Shown here one piece after another: positions 36,344 through 50,700 of a DNA stretch of 64,000 nucleotides (within the stretch, counting starts at the first letter, position 1; every line of letters starts with the position of its first letter). Under the pieces are notes generated by a model. The model was not told the origin of the DNA, searched no databases, and saw only the letters and a list, made by a program, of their open reading frames with translations. Both the position numbers and the translations under genes were made by a program. The stretch covers positions 62,744,001 through 62,808,000 of the forward strand of contig CM060734.1 in NCBI GenBank assembly GCA_030704615.1, read 5' to 3'. This DNA comes from Takakia lepidozioides (Eukaryota > Plantae > Bryophyta).

Positions 36344-37449
36344 CTATGTATGGATTGTTCGTGACGTTCTATCTAGATGTTGTTCGTCTTATGTACCTCC
36401 ATGGCCCATAAACGAAAGGGGGTTATTTTTTCCCCTCCTCAAGGGCTTGAAATGTGGGCTGTCACTCCCAGGTTTTCTTTGTTGATATTTTCCTTAAGAA
36501 AAACTTGATATTTGTTTTAAGCAAGAAAAAAAATTATTAACAAAATGCATTGACATAACATTCTAGAACTAACATGAGAGACTCCCATATTACCGTCCCT
36601 GGACAATTCTGTGAATTTTTCAGATTTAAGCCTAATTTTAGGAAATTATGGGACCAAAGTGCCTAATGCCCAAAACTGGTTTCACCATGCACCAGCATAC
36701 CAATATGAAAACCAATGTACCCAATGACCAATGTACCAAAGCGTAACATCATGCCTACCCAATGTACCTTGTACCAACATGCCTACACTAGTGTGGAGTA
36801 TCAATATTGAACTCACCTAAAGTGTGAGAGCGAAGGGAGAGCTTGCCTGTACCAGCTTGAGCCTTGGAGCACCGCGCACAACTGTAGTCTATGTGTTAGT
36901 GTAGTATGGTAAGAGTTAGTAGGCTTGGGCTTGGTTTAATCGCATTAAACAGGTTCTAGACACATTGAACATGATGATTAATGTTTAAGGATGATAGCTT
37001 TTAAGTTGGATGAAAACAAGCATGTATCATTATCAATCACCATTGGACATGGATGATGCAAGATGAAACGTCGTTAATATCTAACCTAAAGTGTGTGTAT
37101 ACAAGGTTGGGTCATAAATAATTTTTGGCCTGTATTTTGAATCCTACGTATTTACGACGCTTCAACCACACACTTGGATGACCGGCTCTAACTAGTCGAC
37201 CCATTATGGATGACCGACTATAGCCGGTCCAATATTTTCAAAAAAGGTATCTCGGAAAAATAGATACACATAAATGCCTCTCATTTTAAGATAATAGGGT
37301 CTTCAATGGGCACGTGCGATGTGGCCGGTGGGCCCTGCGCACGGACGCCCGGCTCCCCAGCACCCCGCCCGCCCCGCCCGCCGTTGCGCGCGGTCGCCTA
37401 GCCGCGGGCGCGGCTGCAGCAACCGCGCCCGCGCCCCCGTCTGCCGCGC

Positions 37450-37645
37450 GGCCAGTCCCCCGCCCATGAGTCCGCTGCCCTCCAGTCTGCCAGTCCGCTG
37501 CTGGCCAGTCCGCTGCCCAGCAGTCTGCAAGTCCACCAGTCTGCCTGCCAGTCCGGTGCTGGCCAGTCCGCTGCCCAGCAGTCTGCCAGTCCGCCAGTCT
37601 GCCCGCCAGTCCGCTGGCCAGTCCCCTGCCATCCAGTCCGCTGAC
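37450..37645 (+). repeat. Degenerate CAGTCCGCTGCC/CAGTCTGC short tandem repeats
   Basis: Seen directly. Confidence 0.85.
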
Positions 37646-38420
37646 GGCGCAGGATCGCCACCGTCCATTCCCATAACCCATCCGAGCCCTCCATTTTTAG
37701 GGCTGCGAAAATGGCAATGATCTTCCCACCAAATCCCGGTGGTGGTTGGGTGCGTTGAATGGTATTAGCAAGGTTGTGGGTTCACCCTTGGTTGGGGTGT
37801 TGCATGATGATGAAGCGTGTGCTTCAACATGAGAGGACTGTCTGGGCACTACAGCCACCATCGTGCATATGCTTCCACTATTTTTGCCTTCTTGTTGTGC
37901 TTTCGGGAACCTTCGTTTTATGGTTTGGTTCTATGTCATAAATATGGAAAATGCGGACATCTGTCGTCGATAACGTCCTCTGCTTGTGATCCGTCATGAT
38001 ACGTTTAGCCCTTTCATACTGCATCCCTCATGAGAGCCTTCACAAGTTTAGTTCGTTAAAGGAACCCATGGGTAACCTGGGCGCGAAAATGGTGGAAGCG
38101 TATGCACATGGGGGCGTGTATTGCAGATTTTGTATCGAACGATGAGACTGTTTATGTGACCAAGTATAGCGGCTTGCATCCGTCGTGCATAAGTTGTGGA
38201 AAAGGGTGGAGAATCTGAAGAAACCCAGCTTTGTGATGGATCCACATGGTATTATATAAGGGATGGCAGCACAAAAAAACAATTCGAGTCGTCACGGAAC
38301 ACCATCCAGTCGTAAGGTCCTCAAACATCCACACGCACCTGCTGAATACAGATGTCTGAGCCACGACGGGAGATGTCTGAGACAATTGCATCTGCAAATG
38401 CGCGTGGATGTTTGAGGTCC

Positions 38421-39060
38421 GTTGTGTCGCGAGTCTGTTCACAGTGGGTCCGCTGGCCCGTCAGTGCTCTGGATATTCCCCTTATCGCGTGCATAACAGT
38501 CAGTTTGGAGGCGGTCTGCTGGAAGTCCGTCTGTTGGGATATCAGTCTGTTGCACTTGAGAATTTGTCAGTATGTTGTGTCGGAAGTCTATTGCACTAAG
38601 TCTGTTTGACTTCTTATTTCCCTTCGGTCAGTCTTTTGGCTTGTTCTCCCGCCAGTCTGGCGAAACGACCGTCTGCTGGACAGTTCTCCTCTATGAATAT
38701 CAGTCTGTTGGATTGTGCATGCATTAGTCTGTTGTGTCGCGAGTCTGTTCACAGTGGGTCCGCTGGCCTGTCAGTGCTCCGGATATTCCCCTTATCGCGT
38801 GCATAACAGTCAGTTTGGAGGCGGTCTGCTGGAAGTCCGTCTGTTGGGATATCAGTCTGTTGCACTTGTGAATTTGTCAGTCTGTTGTGTCGGAAGTCTG
38901 TTGCACTAAGTCTGTTTGACTTCTTATTTTCCCTCCGGTCAATCTTTTGGCTTGTTCTCCCGCCAGTCTGGCGAAACGTCCGTCTGCTGGACAGTTCTCC
39001 TCTATGGATATCAGTCTGTTGGACTGTGCATGCATCAGTCTGTTGTGCCGCGAGTCTGTT
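38421..39060 (+). repeat. ~310-bp tandem duplication (two copies plus start of a third)
   Basis: GTTGTGTCGCGAGTCTGTTCACAGTGGG recurs at 38421 and 38731, with a variant at ~39042. Confidence 0.9.
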
Positions 39061-39682
39061 CGCAATGGGTGTGTTCGACTTTCTTGTTCTCCCCTTACTC
39101 TCTTTTGTCTTCATTCCGCTGGCAGGGAAGTGCCTCCAATATGAAGCCGCTTCGCCTCAGCAAAGCGAATAGTCCGCTGGACTGGCGGTCCGGTGGACTC
39201 TCGGCCCGATGGGAAATGAGTCTGTTGCACTTGCGAGGAGCGTGGATGAATTTAGTACGATCCGTTCGTTCAGTGGACGTATTCAATGCGATGACGGCGG
39301 ATAGTTGGCGCCTGTGAAATCGCGCCACGTTGGCAGTGCCATGCCCGCTTTCCCCCTTCTACTTCTACTTTCTCCATTCTCTTCACGCCTGTTTCTTCGC
39401 ACAGTTTTGCACTGCTTTGTTTTCCTCTTTGTGTTTCCATCACCGTAACGAAAGACGACCGTTCTTCCCCAGGTGTGGAGAGTCGCGGTGAGCCGCGAAG
39501 CGTCGCAAACACGCTCGCCTTCGTAACAACTCGAAGTTCATCGGCTCGGTGAGGTTCTCACTTGCTGCGGTGTTTCCATTCCATTATGTGTCCTCTTCTT
39601 GCTTAGGGTGAGTCTTTTCATAGGACTTCTATCTGTCGCTCTGTCGCTCATTGTCCTTGCACCTTTGTTTCATTCTACAGCG

Positions 39683-42600
39683 ATGGAGGATGCTTGTGAA
39701 AAAGGTGGAGCGGACTGGTTGGATTTTGTGCACCAAACCAGACTGAAGAAGGAGCGAAGGGACTGGTACTCACCAAACGAGTTTGATCATAAAATAGTAG
39801 AAGCATTTGTAGACCTCCGCGCCCGGAAGCCCAAAAACTCGAATTGGCAGAAGGACAAGCTCTTCTGTCCCTTCTGTGAAGAGGTAATCAAGGACAAAAT
39901 CCAACTAAATCGGCATTGTGTTGACACGGGTTGCAAAGAGACTGTTGCAATGTTCCACGGGATTTCAAGCCTTGGCCGATACTGAAAGAAATGTCGATTG
40001 TCAAAGATGCCACAATGCGCCTGCGCGGATCAGTGCTTGACCCCCGCACTCTGGAATTAGACGAAGTGCGCGCACGGTATGGCGTCCATTGTGGTGGCCC
40101 GTCAATGGAGGATTTGCAAGTGCAGGGAACGCTGGACGCTCCCAGAAAACGTAAACTGAGTGATGGGGCCCAAAAAAAGGAGAGGCAAAAAAAAGAGAAG
40201 GCTGCAAGGTCTGCTCGCAAGGCAAGGGCAAAATCCACGCAACAGACTGAACCCCGTCCTGGGCGGCAGACCCACACCATCAGTACTGATACTGAAAGTG
40301 AATCTGCTCAGGGCCTGGAAGGGGTGACAAGTCCAGTGGACATTGACTTGCCTGACCAGACTCGGCAGCAGACTCACACAAATATCGCGACCCATGCCAT
40401 CAGTTTAGGGTCAAAACCACTGCCAGTCTGCCCTGGCACATTGCGCCTCGTTGACTTTGGGCTTTTCCCACCAGAGTGCCCACCAATTGGGGATCCAGAC
40501 TTCTTCCGTTATTTCTACAGAGTTGCCCAGTCAGGTCTGCTACGCACATTAATCCGACAGGCGGAACAGAACTGGTTGAACAGCTTTGAAGATGAAGATG
40601 ACGATGATGAAGTAGAGGAGGTAATGGTCAGTCTGACCGCCCAGTCTCTTCTCTGTGCTGTCTGAGTCCATCATCGGGGTCACATTGCCTATTCAGTCTG
40701 GTCAGTCCCCTGCGTCCGCTGGCTCAGTCCGCTCGTCAGTTAGTCTGTTTTATATCGCTGCATTACTTACTGAGTCCGTTTGTCAGTCCGCTGGTCCAGT
40801 CCACTGGTATAGTCTACTAGTTGCCTCCACCCTACGTACGCACATTACAGTCTGCTGGTCTGTGAGTCTAGTCCGCTGCATGAGGTGAATATAGAGTCCA
40901 CGTCCATGTTTTTGACGTCGAAGTTCTCTGCCGTGTACCAGGATGAATGTGTTTCTATTCGTAGGGCCATTCAGGCTTGGCGGATACCTAGCAATGATGC
41001 TCCTTTACAAGCGACTGCAGTGCGTACGGAAGTGGACCGCGTGCGAGAGTACATATTATTGAAGTATCCTGGGTCATCTGCTGCTATAGCAGCATTACAT
41101 ATTGAAGACGCGTCGGGGGGGAATGCGTCTGGGACAGCCGAGTCTGCCATCCAGCAGACTCCCATTCAACAGGCCGTCATCCAGCAGACTCCCGTTCAAC
41201 AGCCTGTCATCCAGCAGACTTCAATAGAGCAGACTCCCAACGAGCAGCCTGTCATCTTGCAGACTCCTCTCCAGGAGCCCATCATGCAGCCCATGCCAAT
41301 GGGAAGTCATGTCATCCAACAGATTGCGGACCAGCAGACTGCCTTTCTCTCACATAGCACGGCGTTTTTTGCAGTTTGGCGATCGCCATCACCGGTAATT
41401 CGACCCGGAGCTGAAGACCTCACACTTCCCCGACTTTGGATGAGAGAAATTAATCCCTATTTGGATTGGCATAATGAGCTCCACCGGATTGTTGCGGACC
41501 GCCGGTGGTCATTTGTACCCTTTCATTATTCCATGGAGTTTTCTATTGAGGAAACCAACCATGTTCTAGAAGCCGCCTCTGCTGTTGCCATTGAAGCCAC
41601 AAACGACCAAAATGCGCCGCCTCTACTTGTGCAGCTGATTCTCATGGATGACCCACAGCCTGAAGACCTCAGACATATGCCTATGGCACATCCAACCTTT
41701 GGGGTGCGAAGAAAGCACTTGTTCGGATTGACTGAGAAGGACTTTGAGCGCATGGCAATTTCCTTCCTACAACACAGATGGATGCAATTTGGCAATTTCC
41801 GCTCATACAATAAGTTGATGAAGGATCTGCATAGTTTGAGGATGAACTTACTCCATGGAACAGACCATCACAGAAGTTTGTGGTGGATGATGCATTGCAC
41901 TGGTTTGCATTGGTGATGGAGCGAGTAGTATTCGACATTGTTTTGCAGAATCCCAATGTCTTCAAAACCCCTGTGGTGTGGGATCCCAACTCAAGACCGC
42001 ATCGGCGCCATTGCTCATCTCGATGGAGCATGCCTGTGCCAGCAAATCAAGGACATTGGCCTCGTCAGAAATCTCTTGGAAGGTAAAATGTTATGGGCAA
42101 CTTTCGTGTTTCAGCTCAATTTCTTTTGCCAACTTTTTTACAAGTTCACATTTGCATAAACATGTGTTGCAAGGCAAGTTGATCTGGGAGACAAGCAAGT
42201 GCAAGCTGCTTTCAACTATTTTGCCAGAGGTGCAAGGGACCTTGTCCTGGCTTTACAAGGAGTTCGGGAGACTAGCCACAAGAATGTCGAACAACATATT
42301 CCCCACGACACATGTGGGCAGACTGCCCAAGTGCTGGAGACCGAGCATGTGCACCAGACCGTCCCGGGTAATAGGCCAGATCACTCCCAGCAGACTGCCC
42401 CGCACACACATACTCAGTATGTGCAAACAGTACTGAGCGGGCAGGGAACTTTGCAGACTTTGCAGCAGACCGGAGAACAGACCGGCCAACAGACTGCCCC
42501 TCAGCCGACTGTGCAGCAGACCAGCAAACATGGCCACCAGACTGCCCCTCAGCAAACTGTACAACAGACCGTGCAGCAGGCCGATGAATCCAGCCAGCAG

Positions 42601-45404
42601 ATTGCCCCTCAGCAGACCGTGCAGCACACCGACGAATCCAGCCAGCAGATTGCCCCTCAGCAAACTGTGCAGCACACTGGCAAACCCACTCAGCAGATGG
42701 CCGAGCAGACTATCCAAGAGACTAACAGCCAGTCTGTTCCTTGGATTGTGCAACAGACTCGGATGCACTGGCCTCACCGGGACCCTGTGGACGAATTTCT
42801 GCTGAGTTCCCAACAACATGTTTTTGGATCTGCCAGTATGAGTGTTTTGACCGAGTCCACTTTCCCCCCAGGCACATTCACTGACGACGTCATTAGGTCA
42901 CCGGTAAAGCATTCTTATCTAGCTCCCCGTGGCCTGCCTTCTATGACCTTCCAGGTTAGTCTCGTTTTCGTGCGCTCAGTGGCGAAAGCCATAGATGAGT
43001 CTTACGTGATGACCGAACTCAATCTGGGAACGCAAAACTGTATCATAGATCTTACAGAAGAGTCTAAGGAAGCAATTGCCGGTGGGTCTTCCATACATGT
43101 TCTTGATGTTTCCCAAGTCCATGGAGATCCAAACACCCAGCCGGCTGTCCACCAGACTGACCAGCACATTGAACAGTGGACACATGGAATGACTGCCGAG
43201 CAACCTGTGGTGGGGCAGCATACTGTCTTCATTGATGAGCAGACCGAACCGCAGACTAACCAGCAGACTGCATAGGTCACAGATGGAAGGACTGACCAGG
43301 ATGGCTCGGAGCGGCAGACTGCACAGTTCAGCTCTGACTGCACAGTTCAGATTGCAGGGCCTGACCAGCACACTGCACACTTCACAGAGGGAAGGACTGA
43401 CGACCAACCTGCCACCGAGCACATTGCCCACATTGAGGAAGAGACTGAACCGCAGAGTTGCCAACAGACTGCATAGTTCACAGACGAAAGGACTGACGAA
43501 GAACCGGCGGCCGAGCAGACTGCCCACATTGAGCAACAGACTGAACATGCTAGCAGGCACACTGACAATGAACCACATGCGGCGCAGACACCGTCTGGTA
43601 TAGCGCTGGATTACATGGAGTCTGCTCCCTCACCCCTTGGGCAGGTTGTGCCATTTCCTCTTTCAGCACTGTTGTTTATTTTTTAGCACATTGTGAAATT
43701 GGGCTAATTCGACATTTTGCTCGGTATCCTCACAGGATGTTCGTCCCTCCGTCGGCAGACTGTCTACTTCTAAGGACATGACATCTTCCGCCCATGCTGT
43801 AAACGTGGGATCGACAACCATCAAAGGTGTGGGGGTGAGCACGCCCCCCGATGCGCGGGTCGGTTTTACGCATGCGACCCACGAAGCTGCAAAGACAGGT
43901 CCAGCAAGTGTAAACAAACCTGCTGACCAGCCTCTGTTGCGAAGTAGGGCGGCAGCGCTGCGTTTGTCTGCTCTATCCAGCCCGCCTACAGCTGTCCCTG
44001 CTTCCCAGGGGAGAGGCAAAGCCAAGAAGCGGACTGTCGTGGACCATGCTGAGGAGGTCGAGGAGGGTCCGAGTACCAAGAGACCGGCGAAGAAAAGTTT
44101 GGCGTCTTTATGAACAAGAACCGCAAGCTGGCCTTGGACATGGACAAAGATGTGGGTCGTTTCCTAGAGCACAGGTGAGTACTGTGCTCAGTCTCCTTGT
44201 CTGTCTTTGTCGTTAAGTGCTTTGCGGTCTGTTGTGGTCAGTCTGCACGCTGGTCAGTCTGCTGCTGGTTTCATCATTGTCTGTTGTGGTTAGTCTGATG
44301 AATTGTTCAGCCTGTAGAGTGTTTGGTACCATGTTGACGTCAGTCTGTTCAGTACATGAGGCTTCCCGAAGGATGGTCTGCTCTGTGCAGGATGGGTGCT
44401 CGGTTTGGCAAAGCACATGTTGTGCACGTGAAGGCGGGTAATTCCATGCTGATGTTTTTTGAAAGGGACCCACGGTTTGAATGCGGACTGTCGCCGGATG
44501 ACATAAAGGCGGTCCAGAAGGTTGAGTCGGAGTGCACAGTTAGACTCCTGGAGCTGTGGTGTCGATTCTATGAGAAGTCGGTTGAGGCTGCGTTCACCAA
44601 CACTATTGTTGTTCTTCCAACGTCGACATGGACGGTGTTGAAGTCATTGGGGGTGGGGCAACATGAAAGCCTTTTGGAGGTCTTGAAAGGTTGCCTCAGC
44701 ACTGAACGACTGGGCAAGGACTTGAAAGAGTGCGATTTCATTTTGGTGCCAATTGGAGACGAGTAAGAACTCTTCTGAGTCTGCTGAGACTGTCTCCTGA
44801 GTCATAGTCTGGTTTCAAAGTGTCATCTTGACTCTGAGCGATTAAGTTGACCTCTGTATTTGTGCAGTGGACTGGGTTTGAAGATTGAGTCTGCTGAGTG
44901 GTCGGTCTGCTGAGTGTCAGTCTACTGAGTCTGCCCATCATGATTGTGCAATGACGCCATGTTGTTTGATACCATTGCAGGGGGCATTGGAATGTTTGTA
45001 TCATCGACCTCCGCAAGGGCTGTTACACTCACCTGAACTCTATCAGGGACTTGCATAAATGTCCCTTTGTTCTAGGGTGGATTCAGAAGCTTCATGCGCA
45101 GTGCTTAGGGTACTCGATGGACTCACCAGAGTGGCATGAGATTGTCCAAGCATTTCAGTTCCACGCGCTTGATGTGCCCCAGCAACCATTCAGCTGGGAG
45201 TGTGGCTTTTACGTCATGTCATTCATTCAAGTGTTTTATGAGTGGGTAAAAGTCAGAGCAAATGTCTCCAAGACTACAAAGCCAGAGAGAGGAACACCTT
45301 TCACGAAGGACTGGTTTTCTCTCAAGTTTGCACTTGGGCAGCGAATGCAGTGTGCCCAGTATATCGTGCGGGGGTTGAACAATGTAGAGAAACTGCTCTC
45401 ATGA
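39683..45404 (+). pseudogene. Large multi-exon transposon gene: N-terminal zinc finger, Q/T-rich repeats, C-terminal Ulp1/C48-like protease; frameshifted
   Basis: CPFCEEVIKDKIQLNRHC; QQT repeats at 41150-41340 and 42300-42720; CDFILVPIGDE (to ~44762) spliced to GHWNVCIIDL..THLNS..VPQQPFSWECGFYV (44981-45404). Confidence 0.75.
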
Positions 45405-45949
45405 GTATGATGTACTTGTCCTGTGAAGTCTATGTACCGAAATAAAAAATGCGAGTCTTTTCGCTTACTATTCCAGTGGTGATAAGCACTTTTGTGTACT
45501 GTGGGTGCTGGCATGTTTTGTAATGTTGTCACTAAACTCAATGGACACAATGATGTCAATTTTTCCATGCACTGTGCACCCGAGTCTGCTGAGCTTGAAT
45601 GTGCGAGCAGTACGCTGCCGAGGCTAGGACTGCTGGGTCTGGTACCTAGTCTGGGAGGCACCATGTCCATGAGTCCGCTGGGACGGTGGATTGGCATAAG
45701 TTGCAAGGATGAGGTGGAAGTGTGGTGAGCAGAGTTTTGGAGTGGGCAGCAGACTGACCAGCAGACTGGCTTACTGGCCCTCGCAGTCTATTGACTGTGA
45801 CTCTGTTGGGAGACTATGCGTGAGTTCGTTGGGAGACTATGCTTGGGAGAGTGTGTGGGAGTCAGTTGGGAGACTGGAGGAGTCCGTTGGGAGACTGTGC
45901 ATTAGTCCATTGCGGACTTGTATTTCAGAAAGGGACAATGCTACCAGAA

Positions 45950-46200
45950 GAATTGCAGACTTATATTGTCTTCTTCGTGACACATACACAACATGAAACC
46001 TTGTCTCTTTTCGAGGAATTGCACACTTATATTGTCTTCTTCGTGACACGTACACGACATGAAACCTTGTCTCTTTTCGAGGAATTGCAGACTTATATTG
46101 TCTTCTCCGTGACACCTACACGACGTGAAACCTTGTCTCTTTTCGAGGAATTGCAGACTTATATTGTCTTCTTCGTGACATCTACACGACCTGAAACCTT
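45950..46200 (+). repeat. 66-bp tandem repeat, about 4 copies
   Basis: GAATTGCAGACTTATATTGTCTTCTTCGTGACAC..GAAACCTTGTCTCTTTTCGAG units. Confidence 0.95.
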
Positions 46201-46239
46201 GCAAATTTTCAAGTATATATGTGCTGCAGGTGCAGGTAG

Positions 46240-46900
46240 ACACCCTCTTGCTTGTTCTCCGCAAAACCCTAGGCCGGGTTTTCCAGGCCTCCACGAAATC
46301 TCGTCTCCTTTTCAGAGACATGTTATTGTTGTCATTCAGAGGACAGAAAGCCTTCGCTGCCGCAGGGTGCAACATTCCAGCCGCACTTTTCGCCAGGATA
46401 TCAATGAGCTGCCCTCTGCACATATGAAGAGCAGATCGGGCATGTGCCTCCAGGTATTTGTCATCACCTACAATGCGAAGTATGTCCGCGAATTCTTGTT
46501 CCAATGAGGCTGAGACCTCCAGAGGTGCCTCATCGTAGGGGAAGTCGTCCGGAGGATGTCTTTCCATGAACTGATTGGATTCGTCGTTGCCGCCGGCACC
46601 ATTGCCCAAGAGCAAGTTAGGTAATCCTCCATGAATGGTTCCCAGCGCCGTGCCACAAGCGCGCACAAGGAGGCCATCCTGCAGGTCAGGGTGAAGCATC
46701 TTCATGACACGGACCTGATGCTTGCATAAGTTTCCCTTCATTGCCCATGGGCACGTGCAACAACCCCAATCGCAATCAGGATTTAAACAATGTACGTTGT
46801 GCCGGGATGGTTGTTGCTGAGAACGTAGGCTGGTTTACCACGACCCAAGGGAAGAGTAACACTCTCAGCAGGAATGTCTCGTGCCGCAAGTATAGAACTG
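46240..46900 (-). pseudogene. MULE transposase C-terminal remnant with SWIM zinc finger
   Basis: NPDCDWGCCTCPWAMKGNLCKHQ (CxC..CxH); paralogous to NPQSNWGCCDCRHARKGNMYAHQ at ~50740-50810, with a similar C-terminal NMSLKRRRDFVE versus NTLMRWKNFLE. Confidence 0.85.
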
Positions 46901-47740
46901 GATATTTTCTCCATTGAATACTACTTGTCCATGGACTCCCTATCTCCTTAGGAACACCAACATACCCATGTCCCTCCCTTACTATTTTTTACTATGACCG
47001 CTACCAAGCGATCATAAACAAATGAGAAAAATATGAACTACTAGTTCTGGCCCTTCGTCAACATTGTTAGCACCAGTGTTGGCCAGGCATAGCACTCTAC
47101 CCCAGTTAATGAGTCGGTTACCACCCTGGTTAGTAGGTATACATAACCGCATACATGGTATTTTTGCAAAATAGAGCAAACAGATAACCGACGATTGGGA
47201 GGTGAGTATGTATATGTATGCCAAGCATTAGATGGGCCCTGGAGTTGAATGCGAGGGAGCCGGTTCAGCCAGCGTGGACCCCCCCCGCCACCCCATGCCC
47301 ACCCCCGCCTCCGTCGCCTGCACACCGCGCGGCCGCTGCCACGCACACGCCTCCCCCCGCGCCTCATATGCCCGCTGCGGGGACATAAGATGTGTCCTCA
47401 CCCGCATCCCCATCCCGCCTCCCATCCTGGGCATGCCAGCGTCGTCCATCCCCCATAGTACATGCTATCCCAAGCATACAGTATGCCCTGTTTCAAAATC
47501 ATTCTGACAGGAATTCAAATTTCAAATGGCAAATCTGAGGAAACGAATGGACGTTCAGATATACGCCACGTGGTCACATACACTGCCACCCCAATCGAGG
47601 GTTTTGCTACCCTCATCATGCATTTCCGTTCTCTCCATGCTTCCGAAACGCATCCCTACCCTGGCACTCTGCATTCACATTCTAAATCGAATTGTTGTTG
47701 TATCTTGCACCAGTTGTTCATGAAGCATTCCATAGTAAGC

Positions 47741-50700
47741 ATGGCTGAAGTGGTTGAAGATGGCAAAATTTTGCCCCACCTTCTCTGTAAACTGCAAGGT
47801 CTGCTACAAACACCAAAGACAGGTACTTTCACACACCATGACGTGCAATGGATGTCCCAATGGCATGGACAGACACCTGATCAGAACACAGCTGAAATTG
47901 CATATATCCCTTGGAAGCGGGTGGTCGACTTCATTGCTGGTGAGTCCTCCCTTAAGGAGGCCCCATGCACCTTCCAAAGTCATCGACAAAAGGGCACTGT
48001 CGCGGCCCTTTGCCTTGAGGGCAGGGGGTCGGGACACATGAGGGGCTGCCCCTGTGGTGGGGGCAGCGGCAGCGATAGGTATGGGGGGCTGAAGCACCCT
48101 TGAGTGCCCAAGGCACTCAAGGAGGCGGAGGCGCTCACTAGGTGGAGCCCCGCACACTGGGTTGCGGTGGGGGTGGCTCCACAAGGGGTGGTGGTAGCTT
48201 AGCGGGACTTAGTGGGGGTGGCATAGGACTCACCATGGGGGCGGAGACCTCGTGGTGGGAGTCGTGGGGAGTCTTGGGACTCATCACGGTCCATAGGGGC
48301 CGTGGTGAGCGGGCCAAGACTCACCGCGACTCATCACCGGGAGTCGAGGGTTTTCGTGGTGGTTCACCATAAAATGGCATGGCTGGTTGTGAAACCCCCG
48401 CGGACAGCTACAGAAGTATATATAGGGAGTAGTAACCCCGAGAACGGTGCAAGCCCGTTGGTGACCAAAAACTAGTGAGTAAGCGAGCGAGCCGGAAAGC
48501 GACCAAAGAGTGGGGAGCTGTTCCGGACTGCCATCTACCAAAGGGAATTCCACCAGTCCCAAATAGGTGGAGGGTTTAGTGGGGAGCGAAGGGGGACCGT
48601 TATGTCCCGGTGAGCAGCCGAAGCTCCAAGTTGGCCCGGCGGCCAGGTTGGGAGTCAGGCGCGCGCATCAAAGCGAGTAACTATGACGTGAAGGGGAGCT
48701 TACCGAAGGGAGGTGCGCGACAGGCACCCCTGCTGGGAGTCTTCAGGCACCACGCATCAATAGTGCCATGAACATTACAAGGTATGAATTCATGATTCAT
48801 GAAAAATGAAATGAATGGTGCCCACTATATAGGTTGTGTCCAATCCCACTAGCCATGCACTTCTGCTTTTCATAGGAGCGGCTCTAAAAGGCCACTCATG
48901 TTTTTGGCATAGGTATCATTGCGCATATGGCCCACAAGACAATACCCAAAACATTGTGGAGGTAACAGATGCTATGCGTGCCAAAAAATGGTAGGTCCAG
49001 CCAAGAAAAGGGGGAGGAAGCCTAGAGTAGGGCCGGAATCCAAAGGACAAAAACCAAAACAAGTAAGGACTACAAACAATAAAACAGGAGAAGGCATGAA
49101 AAGAGGTTGCATGTGCCGATTTGTTGTCAAACAATGTTACCTGGACCCTGCTATGGCGGAGATAGTTTATCTTGAGAAACAACATGTATTTGGAAGAGGT
49201 GAGATATGCCACGGACCTTCATGTCAGTTGAACCGAAGTGCAATGGCTCCCCATCTTAGTGATGACATGAAGTCATGGATTTTGCACAATTTGCGTCTTG
49301 GGCTGAGCATAAACAAGATAATGGCCAAGCACACCATGCGAGTGAAGGAGTTGATGGAGCAAGGGTTGGACGTCAACCGTGACACTTTTCTCCTCTCCCA
49401 AGACATACACAATATTGCGACGCTATGCGATGAAGAGACATTCAGAAAACACCCAAATGATGCCCAGAGTGTCCGCATGTGGGTGCATGAGAATATGGCC
49501 AGTGTTTTCTATTACCAAGAAGAAAAGAACCACAAGGCTTGGACATCCATTGACATCAAGCTTGATCTTCCATTTGTTCTTGGCATACAAACAGTGTGGC
49601 AGCGAGATCAAATGTTGAAATTTGGCCATCATAGAATTTTGCTTGCGACGCCACCTTCGGAACCAATGAGAAGAAGGTGTGATCTCTATTTTCTCTTCAT
49701 TACAATTGTTGAAGCCAGCTTTAGGGTGTACTTGCCATACTGCATCCCCACATCGTACAAAAGTCATCCTCACATCTTTCTCCATTCAAACTTGCCTGAA
49801 TTGTTGTACATTGATTGTTGTTTATGTAGTACCCGCTATACACCATGATGGTATTCGACCAGTGGTTGAATGGAATCCCAGTTGCATTCATCATCACAGC
49901 GAGATCAAAGGCAATCGATTTGGAGCCATGGATGTCTGCACTGAACGGGAAGCTTCAGGGTGACCAGGCAGGATGGTGCCCACATGCTTTCATTGTTGAT
50001 GACGCAGATGCTGAAATAAAAGCAATCAGGTGATTGCCAATTCACACCTCTCTGAAATTTCGAGGTTTTCTGCACTTCTCCATATTATAGTGTTCTCACA
50101 TGTCTTTCTATGTCAGGACCGTGTGGGGGCAGTCTGCAGTATTTCTATGCCTTTGGCATGTGAGGAGAGCATGGCAAAAGAATGTCGTGTCTAAGATCAA
50201 AGATGCAGATTTGCGTGCATGTGTCATGCAAGACATGTCTAAAATCATGTATAGTGCGTCAAAAAGCGAGGGCGACGCAGGTGAAGCATGGGCGGTGTGC
50301 GAACTTGTGAATTTGCGTTTCAAGTACCCCACCCTAAGTGAATTTGTGACTACTTGGAGCAGGAGTGGGTTCCTAAAGCTAAGATGTGGACATTGGGTTC
50401 TTGCAACAATCCTCCATGCGGGACAAGACACAAATGCCGCCATTGAAGCTTATCATGGAAATCTGAAGGCACAGCTAAAATGCACAAAGACTAAATTGGT
50501 CAGCAGACGAGTCGATTGGCTCATTCATGAACTCACAGGTGATTTGCTCACTCATTACTAATATATGTCCTATGCCAAAACATATGGCTTCATCCGTAAT
50601 AAGCGACTCGAAGGCTTCGTCTGCAGCTCTATTTTGCTTGCCAAACAGATTCCGGATTGCAATGTCAACCTTCCGCAGACAGAAGGGGGCATCGCAACTG

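Larger units (their letters stand above)
37300..46900. mobile_element. Truncated Mutator-like element (Ulp1-like gene on +, convergent SWIM transposase remnant on -)
   Basis: GC-rich terminus at ~37305-37470 resembling a TIR; same convergent two-gene layout as the complete MULE at 47220-62158; right end missing. Confidence 0.65.

Noticed and set aside
37286-37720. Several overlapping GC-rich ORFs
   Set aside because: Arise from stop-poor terminal and tandem repeats; no domain signal.
45839-46507. 222-aa plus-strand ORF with 22-aa repeats
   Set aside because: Product of the 66-bp tandem repeat and antisense to the transposase remnant.
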